A DNA stretch of 56,178 bases, filler included, from Basidioascus undulatus (lineage: Eukaryota): NCBI GenBank assembly GCA_000826855.1. It is 4 parts of 4 records of this genome, joined end to end, with 100 filler letters (N's around TTAATTAATTAA, not from the genome) between each part and the next. Parts side by side here need not be neighbours in the genome. Positions count along the whole stretch, not along the records: positions 38,346 to 47,212 come from JTLS01001325.1; positions 47,313 to 56,178 come from JTLS01001326.1; 2 more parts are not named here. One strand, given 5' to 3'. Under the pieces are notes generated by a model. It had not been told where the DNA came from. It did not search any database and saw only the letters and a list, made by a program, of their open reading frames with translations. The translations under genes and the position numbers were made by a program. The stretch's first letter is position 1. Each line of letters opens with the position of its first letter. Positions 38,346 to 50,158 of the stretch are shown piece by piece.

Positions 38346-39267
38346 TGAGATCCCGAATACGCAACCAGGAGGAGGACCTCGACGCCGCGGCCGATGAGGA
38401 GATCGTCGCCCTCCGGGACAGGATGATGATCGCCGCTGAGCTCGACGAGGACGCGAACAAGGCGCGCAGGCCGGGCACGCACAAGCTCAAGCTTTTGCCG
38501 AGCGTCGTGGACAAGCTGCAGATGTAAGTTTGCGGGAGGGAGGCGGGCTGGGCGAGAAAGCGGTGGCTGATGAGTGGATGGTTGGGTGGCAAGGCAAACG
38601 CTCGAGGCGAGCATTTTGGAGAATAACTTGCTGGAGGGCGTGCGGAGGTGGCTGGAGCCGTTGCCGGACAAGTCGCTGCCGGCATTGAACATCCAGAAGG
38701 AGTTGTTCGCGATTCTGGACAAGGTGCGTTCCACGCGCTTCCTCCTTCCACCGCCCGTGGCTCACACTCGATTGTCTGCCCCGCAGATGTTCATCGACAC
38801 GCAGTCGCTCAAAGCCTCAGGGCTCGGCCGCGTCGTGCTCTTCTACACGAAGCACCCGCACGTCTCGCCGCCGATAAAACGCACGGCCGACGGGCTCGTG
38901 ACCAAGTGGTCCCGGCCGATTATCAAGCGGAGCGCGTCGTACAAGGCGCGGCAGGTGACGGTCGCGAGCGAGACGATCCGCGCGAGGCCCGTCAAGCGCG
39001 ATGTGCTCGAGGAGACGGACGAGCGCGACCGCCACCGCCGCGTCGTCCGCATCCCCACCGTCGACAAGAAGGAGTACCGCGTCGCCCCCACGCGCGGCGT
39101 TGACGGCATCGCGCATGCTGTGGCTGGCGTAAGGACGAAGCAGAACGAGCGGCAGAGGTGCGTTGCGCTTGGGACGAGGTGCGGGGTGTCGTGGTCGACG
39201 ACGGTGGCTGACTGTCGGTGGGGTGGACAGGAACTTTGCGAAGAAGCTCGGCGTCAAGGGCCGGTGA
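38346..39267 (+). CDS. IWS1: Transcription factor IWS1/Spn1 (TFIIS N-terminal-like domain), 3' part
   Basis: LRDRMMIAAELD...KLKLLPSV / ILENNLLEGVRRWLEPLPDKSLPALNIQKELF / SLKASGLGRVVLFYTK...LVTKWSRPIIKRS; stop TGA 39265-39267. Confidence 0.93.
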
Positions 39268-40279
39268 GCGGGGAGGTGTCGGGGAGGAGTGCATCGGGTA
39301 TGGTGCTGGTGTTGCGCTGGTTCTTGGTCTTTCTTTCTTTCGTGTCCTCAGCATGTACTCGTAGGTTTCTGTCGCATCGCATCCAACGACTTCTGATGAT
39401 CTTGGGTATCTGTCGTGCGTGACTGGTGGTTGCGTGCTTGCTGTTACGCCTTTGCGGCTGACTCACAGCCACATAGCTGCTAAGCCGTTTGCAGCAGCAC
39501 GTTTAAATTGTCTCGTTGCTCGCAACAAATGCTCTAGAACAAATGCTCCGGAGCGATGTTTTGAGAACGAGGGCCATGAAATGGGCAGCCTTTCGGCACT
39601 TGTGAACTCTCAAGCGCCGACATCCCAGTCCCGAAGGCCGATGCCCACTTCGGCAGCTTTCTGTGCGTCTTCTCTCTTGCCTGCTCATCTTCTCCTCCAC
39701 TCAGCAGCTTTTCTCTTCGTATTGTTAGGTTCGTCTATTTCCACTCTTCATCAGTCAACTCCACCAAGACTAACGTCTCCCTGTGCAGATAGCCTACACT
39801 CTATAAATGTTGTCCTTCCCTTTTCTTGTGCCTGCTTCTTGTCGTAGTGGATCGGTTGGTGGGACGGGCGGACCTCTCCCTCGGTGGTACACACAGGATG
39901 AGACAACCAAAGCACATAGAGTCAAGCCGTGAGGCTGGCTGCTTCCCCTGCGTGGGTGCGGCCGGCCGTGAGCTGAACGCTTCCCGGTTGGGATCTGACA
40001 CTTGTACCGTCGAGGGAGAGGTTCTTGGGGCGTGGATTTGTACTTGCTTCTTGTTGTTCAATATATTCTTGCTCCACGTATACCTCTGTGCTTTCTGCGC
40101 CGTGTGATCGTAATTCGTGGCGCGATGGGCTGAGCCGTGCACGCCCGGAGCGTGCTCGCGCCCGCGACTTCTCTCTTCGCATCTAGCGTCCACCTTCATC
40201 CCGCCCTCTTCCCGCCCCTTTCCCTCCTGAGAACCCGTCTCTGAGCGGCCTTCGTTCTCTCCCTCACCCCCCGCCCACT

Positions 40280-41915
40280 ATGCCCTCCGTAACGCCCATG
40301 CACCTGGCGCTCTTCGGGGCAGGCGCCCTCCTCGGCGCCGGCGCTGCAGTCGTCTCCTCCCGCCGCGCCGCTACGCCCCCGCTCAGCGCGCCCGTGCCGT
40401 CCTCACCGGCTGTGGGTGTGCCCGCGCCTGCACCTGGGACGGCTAAGGTCATCGCGCAGGAGGGGGACTTGGTCCAGGTGGGCAGGCCGGATGTCGGGAG
40501 CGAGGTGTTCAGGTGGGGGTTCCCTGGTGAGTCTTGAGATGCGACTCGTGCACGGCTGGACCGGGAAGGCGGCGAGCACCAATGGATATGCGGATGAAGG
40601 AGGTATGGTGGTTTATAGGGCCTTCGTATCTCTGTAGCGCCGTGTAGGAGGGAGGAGTCCGCCCGTCGTCCCGCTCGTTCTGCTCACCCCTTTCCCCTGT
40701 CCAACTCTTCAGGACCCGTTCCCGACATCCTGCACCGCTCCTCCTACATCACCGCGTACGACCGCGCGCGGCGCCACCCGGCGTGGACGGCGCAGCACCT
40801 GACGGCGGCGAACCTTGCACGGCCGCCCGCAGGCGGCGGGGCGCCGAACGCGGACCGCAAGAACTCGCAGTTTAAGGAGGACGCGGACGTGCCCGAGCTG
40901 TTCCGCGCCAAGCTCGGCGAGTACTTTAGGAGCGGATATGATCGTGGGCATATGTGAGTTGGTCGGCTTCGGGAGATGTTTTGGGTGCGAGAAGCTGAGG
41001 AGACGTGGTGCGATAGGGTCCCGGCGGCGGATGCGAAGGCTTCGCAGGTGAGTGCTTAGGAGGGGCCGCGTTGGGAAGAAAGAGAAGAGACTGATGAGAT
41101 GTTCCAGGTGGCCATGAATGAGACTTTCCTCCTGACTAACATCGCACCGCAAGTCGGGCAAGGGTTCAACCGGGATTGTGCGTCGCTTCCGCACCTTCAT
41201 CTCTCACCGCACGACATTGACCCGACTCCCACTCGCCAGACTGGGCCTACCTCGAGTCTTTCTGCCGCAACCTGACGAACCAGTTCGCGCACGTCTACGT
41301 CTTCACTGTTCCCCTCTACCTGCCCAAGAAGCAGCCTGACGGGAAGTTTGTTGTTGTGCGTCTTCTTCCTCTGCCTCCTCGGCTTCCTCTACTTGATCTA
41401 ATCTCCGTCCCTGTCCTCGTCTTACCTTCGTTGCATCCTCTTACCAGTCCTACCCCGTCCTCGGAGACCCGACAGGCCCCACACCCACCATCTCCGTCCC
41501 CACTCATTTTGCGAAGGTCCGTTCCTTCCTTCCTCGTTCCCCATCCCTCCGTTTTACCCTCCCGTTACACAGATCATCCTCACCTCCCGCGACGAGTCCC
41601 ACTCCTCCCTCTCGCTCGGTGCCTTCGTCCTCCCGAACCTGCCAATCCCGGACGAGGTCCCGCTGCAGACGTTCGCCGTGCCCGTCGAGCAAGTCGAGCG
41701 CGCATCGGGCCTCCTCCTTTTTAACGACACGCTCAAGCGGGGGGCGAAGCAGCTGTGCAGGGAGACCAAGTGCGATGTTGTTGGTGCGTGCTGGACGTCG
41801 AGAAGCGAGGGGAGGGACGAGGCTGATGGGCTTGGGGGGCGCGCGAACAGTGAGGAAGTTTGATGAGGCGGGGAAGATGATTGTTGGGCCGGGGGTGAAG
41901 GGGGGCAGGAAGTGA
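40280..41915 (+). CDS. NUC1: Mitochondrial nuclease Nuc1 / endonuclease G
   Basis: YITAYDRARRHPAWTAQHL, DRKNSQFKED, YFRSGYDRGHM/VPAADAK (DRGH catalytic motif), MNETFLLTNIAPQVGQGFNRD/WAYLESFCR, VPTHFAK, VEQVERASGL. Confidence 0.95.
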
Positions 41916-42299
41916 GGCGGCGGTGGAGATGGATTGCTTGAGCGCATGGGCTTATTAGCAGACTGACACTTTGTCTTATGTTGTTTCCGTACCGTGCCCT
42001 GCCTGTCTGCTGATGATTTCCGAGCTTCGTTTGTCGAGCATGGTCGAGCATGTGTTGCGACTAGAACCGCAGAGACGGCGCAGCGAGTGATACCTTCTCT
42101 TGCCAGTTCACCTCCTGCGCAAGGACCTCTGCCGCCTTCCTTCGATGCTGCGGTGCCGGATCGGTGTCCTTGGCGCGCCGGTCGCTGCCGTCAGCGGACG
42201 CGCAGGAGGGAGAGGGGCGAGAGCGCGAGAGCAAATCAATCTGCCGCCGTAGCATATGAGCATCTGAATATGATTATAGGAATGAGAGAGAACGACGCA

Positions 42300-43450
42300 C
42301 CGCAGAGCTCCCATCGTCCGGACAGTGCTTTCGCCACCGTCCCGCCCGCGAGGCCTCGCCGTGAATCCAAGTCCGGCATAACGGTTGCCAGCGCATACCA
42401 GGGTTGAGGTCTATCCCCAGATCGGCTATGGGAATATCGAGAGACTTGACCGCCTTTCCGGCAGGCCCGCTGAACGCTTCGGCAACGCCAGGGAGATCGG
42501 CGGCGTCGTGGCCCCCTTGCAGATCGTACTCGAAGGGAATGCGTCTTCGACCTCGCGGAATTCGAGACATTCGAGGCTCGGACAATGGGTAGACACGAAC
42601 GCCGAGACAGACTCGGAGACGTAGTGGCCGACTAGGCTGAGGTGCGTGAGGTACGGAAGAGCGGGCTCGGGAGTCGATCGAGGGACTTTGAGCCGATCGA
42701 TGAAGAGGCTGGCCCGCCGGAGGGCGGGAAAGAAGGGAAGGAGGTTTTCGGCCGGAAGACATTGACAGGAGGGGTATTCTTCGTCCTCCTCGTGTCGTAC
42801 GCGTAGGTGAGGGTGCGAAGACGAGGGAACGAGATGGAGGGAAGGCATTCTTCGAGGCTCGGAGCGATCTCACGGACGATTTCGAGGTGGAAGAGCGTTT
42901 GAGAGGTATGTTGGAGAGTGAGGTAGAAGAGATTGTGCTCGGGTGGATCGAAGATGATGGTCGCGGACGTGATGTTGGGGCAGAGCCGGACGGCGCGAAG
43001 AGGTCCTTGCCGAACGGCTGCTCCCAGAACCGCGCAGGCTCGTAGCCCCAATCCTCGACATCTAGGACGTCGTTGTCAAGCTCATCGTCACAGAATTCCT
43101 CGACATCCGCACCCTGGTCGTCTGAGTCTTCGTCGAGATCAAGCCCATCCAAATCGTTCATAACGAGCTCACTGCGAGCTCCGCGTCGGCGTCAGCTGAC
43201 CCACGCACCCAACACGGCATGAGACGTACCGAATACGTCGACCTCTCTTAGGGTGGTTCAGTATGCTTCTGACGCTGTACCAGCTGGTATTCAGACGCCG
43301 AAAGAGGAACGGCCTGGCGAGAGGGAAAGTGGACTTCGACGCGAGAGCGAGATTGAGCCGTGACCACCGATCCTCTGCATCTTGGAGATGATCGAATATG
43401 AGCCTGAATATTTCGAGCGGGAATACCGGAGTGTTGCGTGGAGGAGACAT
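42300..43450 (-). pseudogene. F-box + LRR/RNI-like gene with frameshifts and stops
   Basis: MSPPRNTPVFPLEIFRLIFDHL...LNLALASK...LARPFLFRRL (F-box), an acidic stretch, then at least two frame changes through LCPNITSA, FPRLRTL, FPALRRASL, LPYLTHLSL, HCPSLECLEF, then stops near 42426. Confidence 0.68.
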
Positions 43451-44099
43451 AGGGTCGAGGGGTGCGGAAGATGGTGACTGGGGTGAAAGAAGGACTTGGT
43501 GAGGGCGCTGCGCCCTTTCAGGCTTCTTTCTGTACAAGGAGCTGATCAACCGGTAAAATAAGCTAACCACAAGAACATGGATGTTTCATTAAATCAGTAT
43601 TAGAACCTCGAGTATGATTACGAGGTGCGGCACGTCAGAACTACTTGTCCGTTTTGTCCGTTCATAAACACACAGACCCTGGAAGCTGGTCGAGCTCGCC
43701 GTCGCTTCAGGCTCATCTCATCGAAAGAACACGCCTTTTCCCCGATCTACTTCAGAAAAAAAAATCCGAAGGTATGTGTGACACAGATGCATGGAGGTTC
43801 GCATCCTAACGACACTGCGCTACACGCTGAGACCCCTCAACGGGCACAATTAAATAGATCCATGCTCTAGTACGTGAAATTTAAATGGTCTATCTCTCGA
43901 AAAATAACGATCGCTGGGCGCAGCTCTGATGTTTCAGTTTGTACTCAGTGTTGCGGTGCACGTTCAGACTCGCAAGCCTCGGCTAGCACGAGTAACAACT
44001 CCTTCCGACCGTGGGGGCAATTGTCATTCATACGAAATAAAAATACATGTAAAACAGAAAGCAACAGAAACCACCGCCTGCGGCTTCGAGGTCGGCATT

Positions 44100-45582
44100 G
44101 GAGATCAAGTTTAGCAGGACGTCCAGGCATATGTTCGTCGATGACTCCTCGGTGTGTCCTTGGGCGTCGTGCTGTATCTCCAGCGGAAGGTTGGCGGCGG
44201 GGATGAGACCTAACGAGAGGGTTCAATGGAAAGCCCATGACCAACTGAAGATGCCAGACCCACCAACATGCGGACTCCTAATACAGAGACGATGTCGAGC
44301 GAGCTTCTCTGAATGTCGAAGCTTTCTGAAGCCAACTGTTTGGGACGATCTTCAGAACATGCTGAGTCGCCGCACACAACAAGGGACGCTCGGTGATTGT
44401 TGAGGCTGCAAGGGAGTATAGCTCGATGCGCACCTGGACCACCGAGCTCTTGTGCGTCGACTCGAGCTCGTTTCGTCTCGACAGGGTCGAGGAGGTGGAG
44501 TGGAAGGGGTTCTGGGAAGCCCACGAGGAATGCGGCTTGCGCGATCCGGTGCTCGAGCAGTGCGACGTACAGCTTGCGGTACCATGCGCGTAAGGAGCGA
44601 CGCGGGCGTCGATCGCTGCGAATTTGGCGAGGTCGGGCGCCTGTACAAGCAATATGTTCATGAAGGGCTCTGCTCGTGGGAGAGGCTCGGTACTGCTTAC
44701 GCCATAGATGAACGTAAATTTAAGCAGCGCGGATGAGGAGGAAGAGGTCTATCAGGCGCAGAAAATGCCTGCATAGCCAGTTGAACGTGCCCTAGCCTCA
44801 AGTCAGCTAAAATGTTCCTCACACGATGAAATAACCAGCATTTCTATTCTTGACGCTCACGCTTGGTTTTGATGGTCGCCTTCCAGACCTTGGGCGACAC
44901 AAGCTCACGCCAAATGTAGATCTGACCGCCCGTCCAGTGCTCGCCCGCCTGAAAGCGAGCGAACAGCGCGAGATCGTGTATGGGATGATAGGAGGGAGTC
45001 GGCTCTTTCGGTTGTTGATCGCTGTAATGGGCCGACGGGTGAGACAACAAGCCTGGATAGAACTTTAGAAAGGTTCACCCGCTCTTCGCGAGGAGCTGCA
45101 GGCGCAGCTGCTCCTCGAAAGCGAGTAGGTCCGGCTGGAATAAGCGGAGTCAGCGCACCCGCCTAACAGGAAAAGGTTTGAAGGAATCACAGGAGTGGGC
45201 TCCTCCGGTAGCCCTACACCAGCGCCCTGCGTAGGCGTGGCGAACCTGCTCGCCCACGCTTCTTCGTCGCTCTCCTCCTCCGTGCCGCTGTCGCTCCTCT
45301 CCGTCTCCCTGTACGACACCCCAGCTGCCACACAGGCTCCTCTGCAATCCCGACCTCTGCACTCGCCACGAGCTCCTCATGAAACTCCTTCTCCTCGCGC
45401 AGCCTGCTCCTCAAGCTCTTAATCGATAGATCCGTCTCCTCGTCCATGTCGAGCGAGTGGGCGGGCACGACCGGCGTGAGGAGAGAGGAGACGTCGGAGG
45501 GTAAGATCGAGTATGACGAGGTGGTGGCGGAAGTGGGTGCTGAACGAAGCTGAAGCTCGACTGCTTTGGCAGTCGTCGGCAT
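44100..45582 (-). pseudogene. Degraded gene of unknown family
   Basis: Coding-like 5' exon (MPTTAKAVEL...DMDEETDLSIKSLRSRLREEKEFHEEL) followed by frame-switching fragments with stops. Confidence 0.3.
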
Positions 45583-46295
45583 GTCTATAGGTGAATCAGC
45601 TCCAGGGTGGCAAGGAGATCACTGTAGAATTTCGCTCCCCCAAGACGGTGGTGGGCTCCAAGCAGGTTAAAGGCAAACCCGCGGCATGTTCCACGTAGTG
45701 TGGGGTTTTTTTTTTCCTGCAGCCCGGTTTCGGCCTGCGTTCTTCGCTTGCCGCGCTTTCCAATCTTCATCGCCTGCTCCTTCAAACTGCATATGCAATC
45801 ATATTAGTGAAAAAAGGAACGTGGAAATAAGGCTAGCAGCCGACGAAGTGTGGTGCAGCAGCGGCGCCGACTGCGAGAACAGAATTTTCGCGTCAAGAGA
45901 TGGATTCAGATCCGCTCTTGCAAGCGTCTCAGGCAGCGGAAGAGAACTGTGACGGCAGCGGTAATGAGGCAGGGGTGCGAAGACATCCTCAAGCGGCTGC
46001 CGACTTGTCAAGAGACGCGCAAACGATGCACATGCCAACAGCGCATGCAGACAGGTTTGAAACAAAATGCGAGTAGTGGGCTGAGCAACGCAAGGTATAT
46101 CGGAAGGGAACCAGAAGACACAAAAGACGATGAAAGAAAAAGCAAAAAGTGGGGGAAGAAGAACAAGGTTGAAGAGCAGAAAGCGCGATGAGCAAGGAGC
46201 CCATATCCTCCCGGACGGGCGGCGATGCTCCACCCGCGAAGCGCGCAGCCCGACCCGACGCCGCCTCCGTCATCCTACAAAAATCACCAAAGAAC

Positions 46296-47212
46296 CTAGA
46301 GCATGAAGGTGAGGGGGTTGGAGAGGTAGCCGGACAAGGACTGCGCCGTGGAGGAGGAGCATCAGCGAGCTGCCGAGGGAACGTGTGGGAGGGGAATGAA
46401 AGTGTGGGGTAGCGCACCTGGAGGAAGCGGGCAGCAACGGCGCCGTCGACGACACGGTGGTCGGAGGAGAGCGTGAGCTTGACGGTCTGAATCTCCTTGA
46501 AGCCCTTCTCGGACGCGGCGTCGAGGACGAGCTTGGCCTTGGCGGTGCCGACGGCGAGGATGCACGACTGCGGGGGGTTGATGATCGCCGTGAACTGGTC
46601 GACGTTGAACATGCCGAGGTTGGAGATCGTGAAGGTGCCGCCCTGTTTTCCGTGCGCACGCGAGTCAGTTTCGTATAAGCAAGAGGAGAGGGGGGTCGGA
46701 TTCGGGGAAGGGTGACTTGCCTGGTACTCCTCGGGCTTGAGCTTGCCGTCGCGGGCCTTGGCGGCGAGCGCCTTGGTCTCAGCGGAGATGGCCGCGAGGC
46801 CCTTGGAGCCAGCGTCCTTGATGATGGGGGTGATGAGGCCGTTGGGGGTCGCGACAGCGACGGAGATGTCGGCCTTCTTGTACCTGTTCAAGAGTCACCC
46901 ATCAGCGCACATTCTCTCGCCGCTCCTCCCGTTTCCCGCTGAAGGTAAAGAGCTGCTCACTGCCGGATGACATCGCCGAGCCATGCCTGGTTGGCCTCGG
47001 GCACCTCCGCGAGCGCGAGAGCAACCGCCTTGACGATGAAGTCGTTAACGGAAAGCTTGGCGGACTTGTCCGCGGCGGAGGCGTTGAAGACCTCGCGGAG
47101 CTTGAGGAGCTTGTCGAGCTCGACCTCGGAGGTGACGTAGTAGTGGGGGAGCTGCTGCTTGCTCTCGGACAGGCGCTGGGCGATGACCTTGCGCATGTTG
47201 GTGAGCGGGATG
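46296..47212 (-). CDS. LAT1: Pyruvate dehydrogenase E2 (dihydrolipoamide acetyltransferase), catalytic-domain exons; 5' part lost in the gap
   Basis: [102 protein letters not shown]. Confidence 0.96.
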
Positions 47213-47312
47213 NNNNNNNNNNNNNNNNNNNNNNNNNNNNNNNNNNNNNNNNNNNNTTAATTAATTAANNNNNNNNNNNNNNNNNNNNNNNNNNNNNNNN
47301 NNNNNNNNNNNN
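47213..47312. other. Artificial contig spacer (44N-TTAATTAATTAA-44N)
   Basis: Same linker as the other two. Confidence 0.97.
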
Positions 47313-48017
47313 TGCTCGTCGTCGTCTCGTCCGCGCGTTGGCGAGCCGGGAGGAGGGAGCGGGGGTGGGGGTTGGGGCGCGCGCGCGCGTGGGCGCCGCG
47401 GGAGGAGGGGGAGCTTGAGGCTTGACTTGAACTGGGAGCCGCAGGCGTGCGCTGCTAAGTCGAATTTGCGTCGACTCTCCGCACGAAGTTGTGTCTTACC
47501 AGTGTACAGGGACAGATACTGTCGAACCCCGCGCAGCCAGCCTGTCTTATGTCGAGCAGGCAGTAGCTGTCGGTCTGGATTCTGCACAATCTCTGCATTG
47601 TCATGTTCTTCGTCGTTCGAGCGTGCCCGCCTCTGCATACCTCGAATCATTGACAAACGATTGGTGGCCTTCCGTCGCCTCCTTCTTGCTTCGTGCTCTT
47701 AACGGTCGCGGCAGCGTCGAAAAGCCGGGACAGCAGTGCCTTTACTGCACTCGACGACAAGTGCCTGCGTTGCCTCATGCTTCGTTTACAAATCCACACT
47801 TTGCTATTGGATATCTTTGACCTTCCTTTGAACACCTTGACTGGAAGGCGTAGGATCCCAGCCTGACAGCCACACCCTCTCACCTTGTTTCCCGCTCCGC
47901 CAATTCATATTATCACGTGCGCCATGTGCCGCAGCCGACGCGTGAAAGCCGGACGTCTGACGCGGCGCGTCTTCTTTCCTTTTCCTGTCTTCATTTCCAC
48001 AACCCCCATTGTCAGCC

Positions 48018-48215
48018 ATGGGCAACTGCACTGTCTGCGTAAAGGAGACGAACAAGAAGTGCCAGCGCTGAAAAACTGTCTTTACTGCGGCGCAGCGCAC
48101 CAGAGGGAGGTCTGTACGTCCCCGAATCCCCACGCTCAACTGCGTCAACGGTACGGGTACCACATCTCGGTTGACGAGCTGGACTTTTGGTGTACAGGCC
48201 TGGCCGACGCATAAG
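48018..48215 (+). pseudogene. MYND-type zinc finger pseudogene
   Basis: MGNCTVCVKETNKKCQR*KTVF [1-nt deletion] YCGAAHQRE / intron / AWPTHK fits the CxxC-x7-CxxC-x4-YC-x3-HQ..W..HK MYND pattern, with the 4th Cys codon read as TGA. Confidence 0.8.
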
Positions 48216-48657
48216 GGAGGAGGATGGGGAGGGGCTTGCCATGGAAGCAAAGGAGCGCAGGGAAGGTTGATGTGAGTGATGGGAAGGAGCGTGTGGGTGT
48301 GGATGAGGATCAGCGGAGGGCAGCGGATTGGCAGCGGATGAGAGAGTGAGCAGTTAGGAAACCGAAGGCACGCGTGCCGGACGCGCTTGCTCTTCTTCTC
48401 TCGTCGCTGGTGGTCCTTTACAGCTCAACAGGCAGAGCAGCTCAAAGAGAACCTGCTCCCAAATCGTTGGGATTCTGAGGCCATCAACTTGATACAACGG
48501 ACTAAAGATAGGGAAGACCCCGCCTTATAATTTGCCGCTCCCTCCACCCGCTCACGCGACCCGACTCCCCACCGCCCACCTTCCACGCTCCACCTTACAG
48601 TGTCCTTCCCTCCTCTCCTCGCCATCCCCGTCTCCTCAACTCACCTAGCATCGCATC

Positions 48658-50158
48658 ATGACGACTGCTCAGAAGGTGCTCCTTCCCTTCCGTCTATTCG
48701 TATAGGGTGGAATGGTCAAGAGGAGGAGAGATATTGACTCGAGTGCGAGATCCCAGATCGCCCGCATCGCCCCCTTCCTCGACCCCCTTTTAGCGCAGCA
48801 CGCCGTCTCGCGCCCAGGGCGCCCGTTCTTCCTCGCCGTCACCGGGCTGCAAGGTCCGTTCCCTTTCCCTTCCCATTCTCCCCTTTCTCCTCCGTTGCTG
48901 ATCGGGTGGAGGACGACAGGGAGCGGCAAGTCCACGCTAGTCTCCGCGCTGCAGGAGCACCTGAATGCCCAGGGCAAGCGGACGGTCCAGTTCAGTCTGG
49001 ACGATCTGTACCTGTCGGTCATCCTCTCTGTTCCTCCTTCTCATCCCTTTCAGAGGCTGAAGGCTGCGTGGGTGGGACAGGACGCACGAAGACCAGGCCC
49101 GCCTCGCGTCGCAGAACCCAGACAACAAACTGTGGTCACACCGGTTCGTCCTCCTTCCCTCGCTCTCCCTCCCCGAACCTCCTCACCTCTTCCTCCTAAC
49201 CTCTTCCTCCTAACCTCTTCCTCCTAACTTTCTCCTCACATCTGACGCGCCTATCACACGTCCTACCCAGCGGTCAGCCCGGAACGCACGACCTCGACCT
49301 CGCCCAGCGGACCTTCACCGCGCTGCGCGAAGCGTGGCACACGCCCTCCTCCTCCACCATCGCCCTCCCCTCGTACAACAAGTCCCTCTTTTTGGGCTCG
49401 GGCGACCGGCTCCCCTCCTCCGCCTTCCCCTCCGTCCCCGTCACGCCGCGCATAGAAGTAGTGATCTTCGAAGGCTGGTGCCTCGGCCACCGACCGCTCC
49501 CGCTCGGGGTCCTGAGCGCAGCGCACAAGTCCTCCCTCAACTCTCCGGCGAGCCGCACCAACACGCTGCGGGAGCATAAGTTGGAGTGTGTCCAGCAGAT
49601 TAATGAGGCGCTGGAGGAGTACGATTTGGCGTTCATGGGGCCCCAGCACTTTGATGCGCTTGTGTGGCTTGAGGCGGGACGTTTGGAGTGGGTTTATGAG
49701 TGGAGGGAGGAGCAGGAGAGGGGGCTGAGGGAGGGGGGACGGGGGGGAATGACAAAGGGGCAGGTGGAGGAGTTCGGTACGTCGCTGAGCTGCCGCCGAC
49801 CCGACTTGCATGCTGATAATCTCCTCGGAAATGACAGTGAAAGGATACATGCCTGTCAGTCTCCCTTCTCCCTCTTTCTCTCCCTCCCTCCCTCCTTTCC
49901 GCACTCTTGCCGTACCTTCAAACCCCCCCACATCCTTTTCTCCCTCCTCCATTCTTTCATGCCTGCCGACCCACCGACCTTCCAAACCACCGAATTGACT
50001 CAACCAACTGGCGCATGTTGGTTTCCCAGGCATACGAGCTCTACCTCCCCGCCCTGCGGCAAGGCTTCTTCAAGGAGCTCGAGGAGGAGGGCGCGGGGCG
50101 GCAGCTCACAATCACGCTCGGGCGGGGGAGGGAGGTGATGGGTGAGCAGGTTCTCTAA
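48658..50158 (+). CDS. TDA10: Tda10-like P-loop kinase (D-glycerate 3-kinase-like)
   Basis: PFFLAVTGLQGSGKST (Walker A), FSLDDLYLTHEDQ, HRGQPGTHDL, LPSYNKSLFLGSGDR, VVIFEGWCLG, VYEWREEQE, GMTKGQVEEF, AYELYL; stop 50158. Confidence 0.88.
49186..49227. repeat. Intronic minisatellite (CCTCTTCCTCCTAA)x3
   Basis: Three perfect tandem 14-mers in a TDA10 intron. Confidence 0.9.

Noticed and set aside
47313..47660. Minus-strand Pro-rich ORF running into the gap, as the LAT1 5' end
   Set aside because: No lipoyl-domain or mitochondrial-presequence features; it may belong to another gene and cannot be identified.
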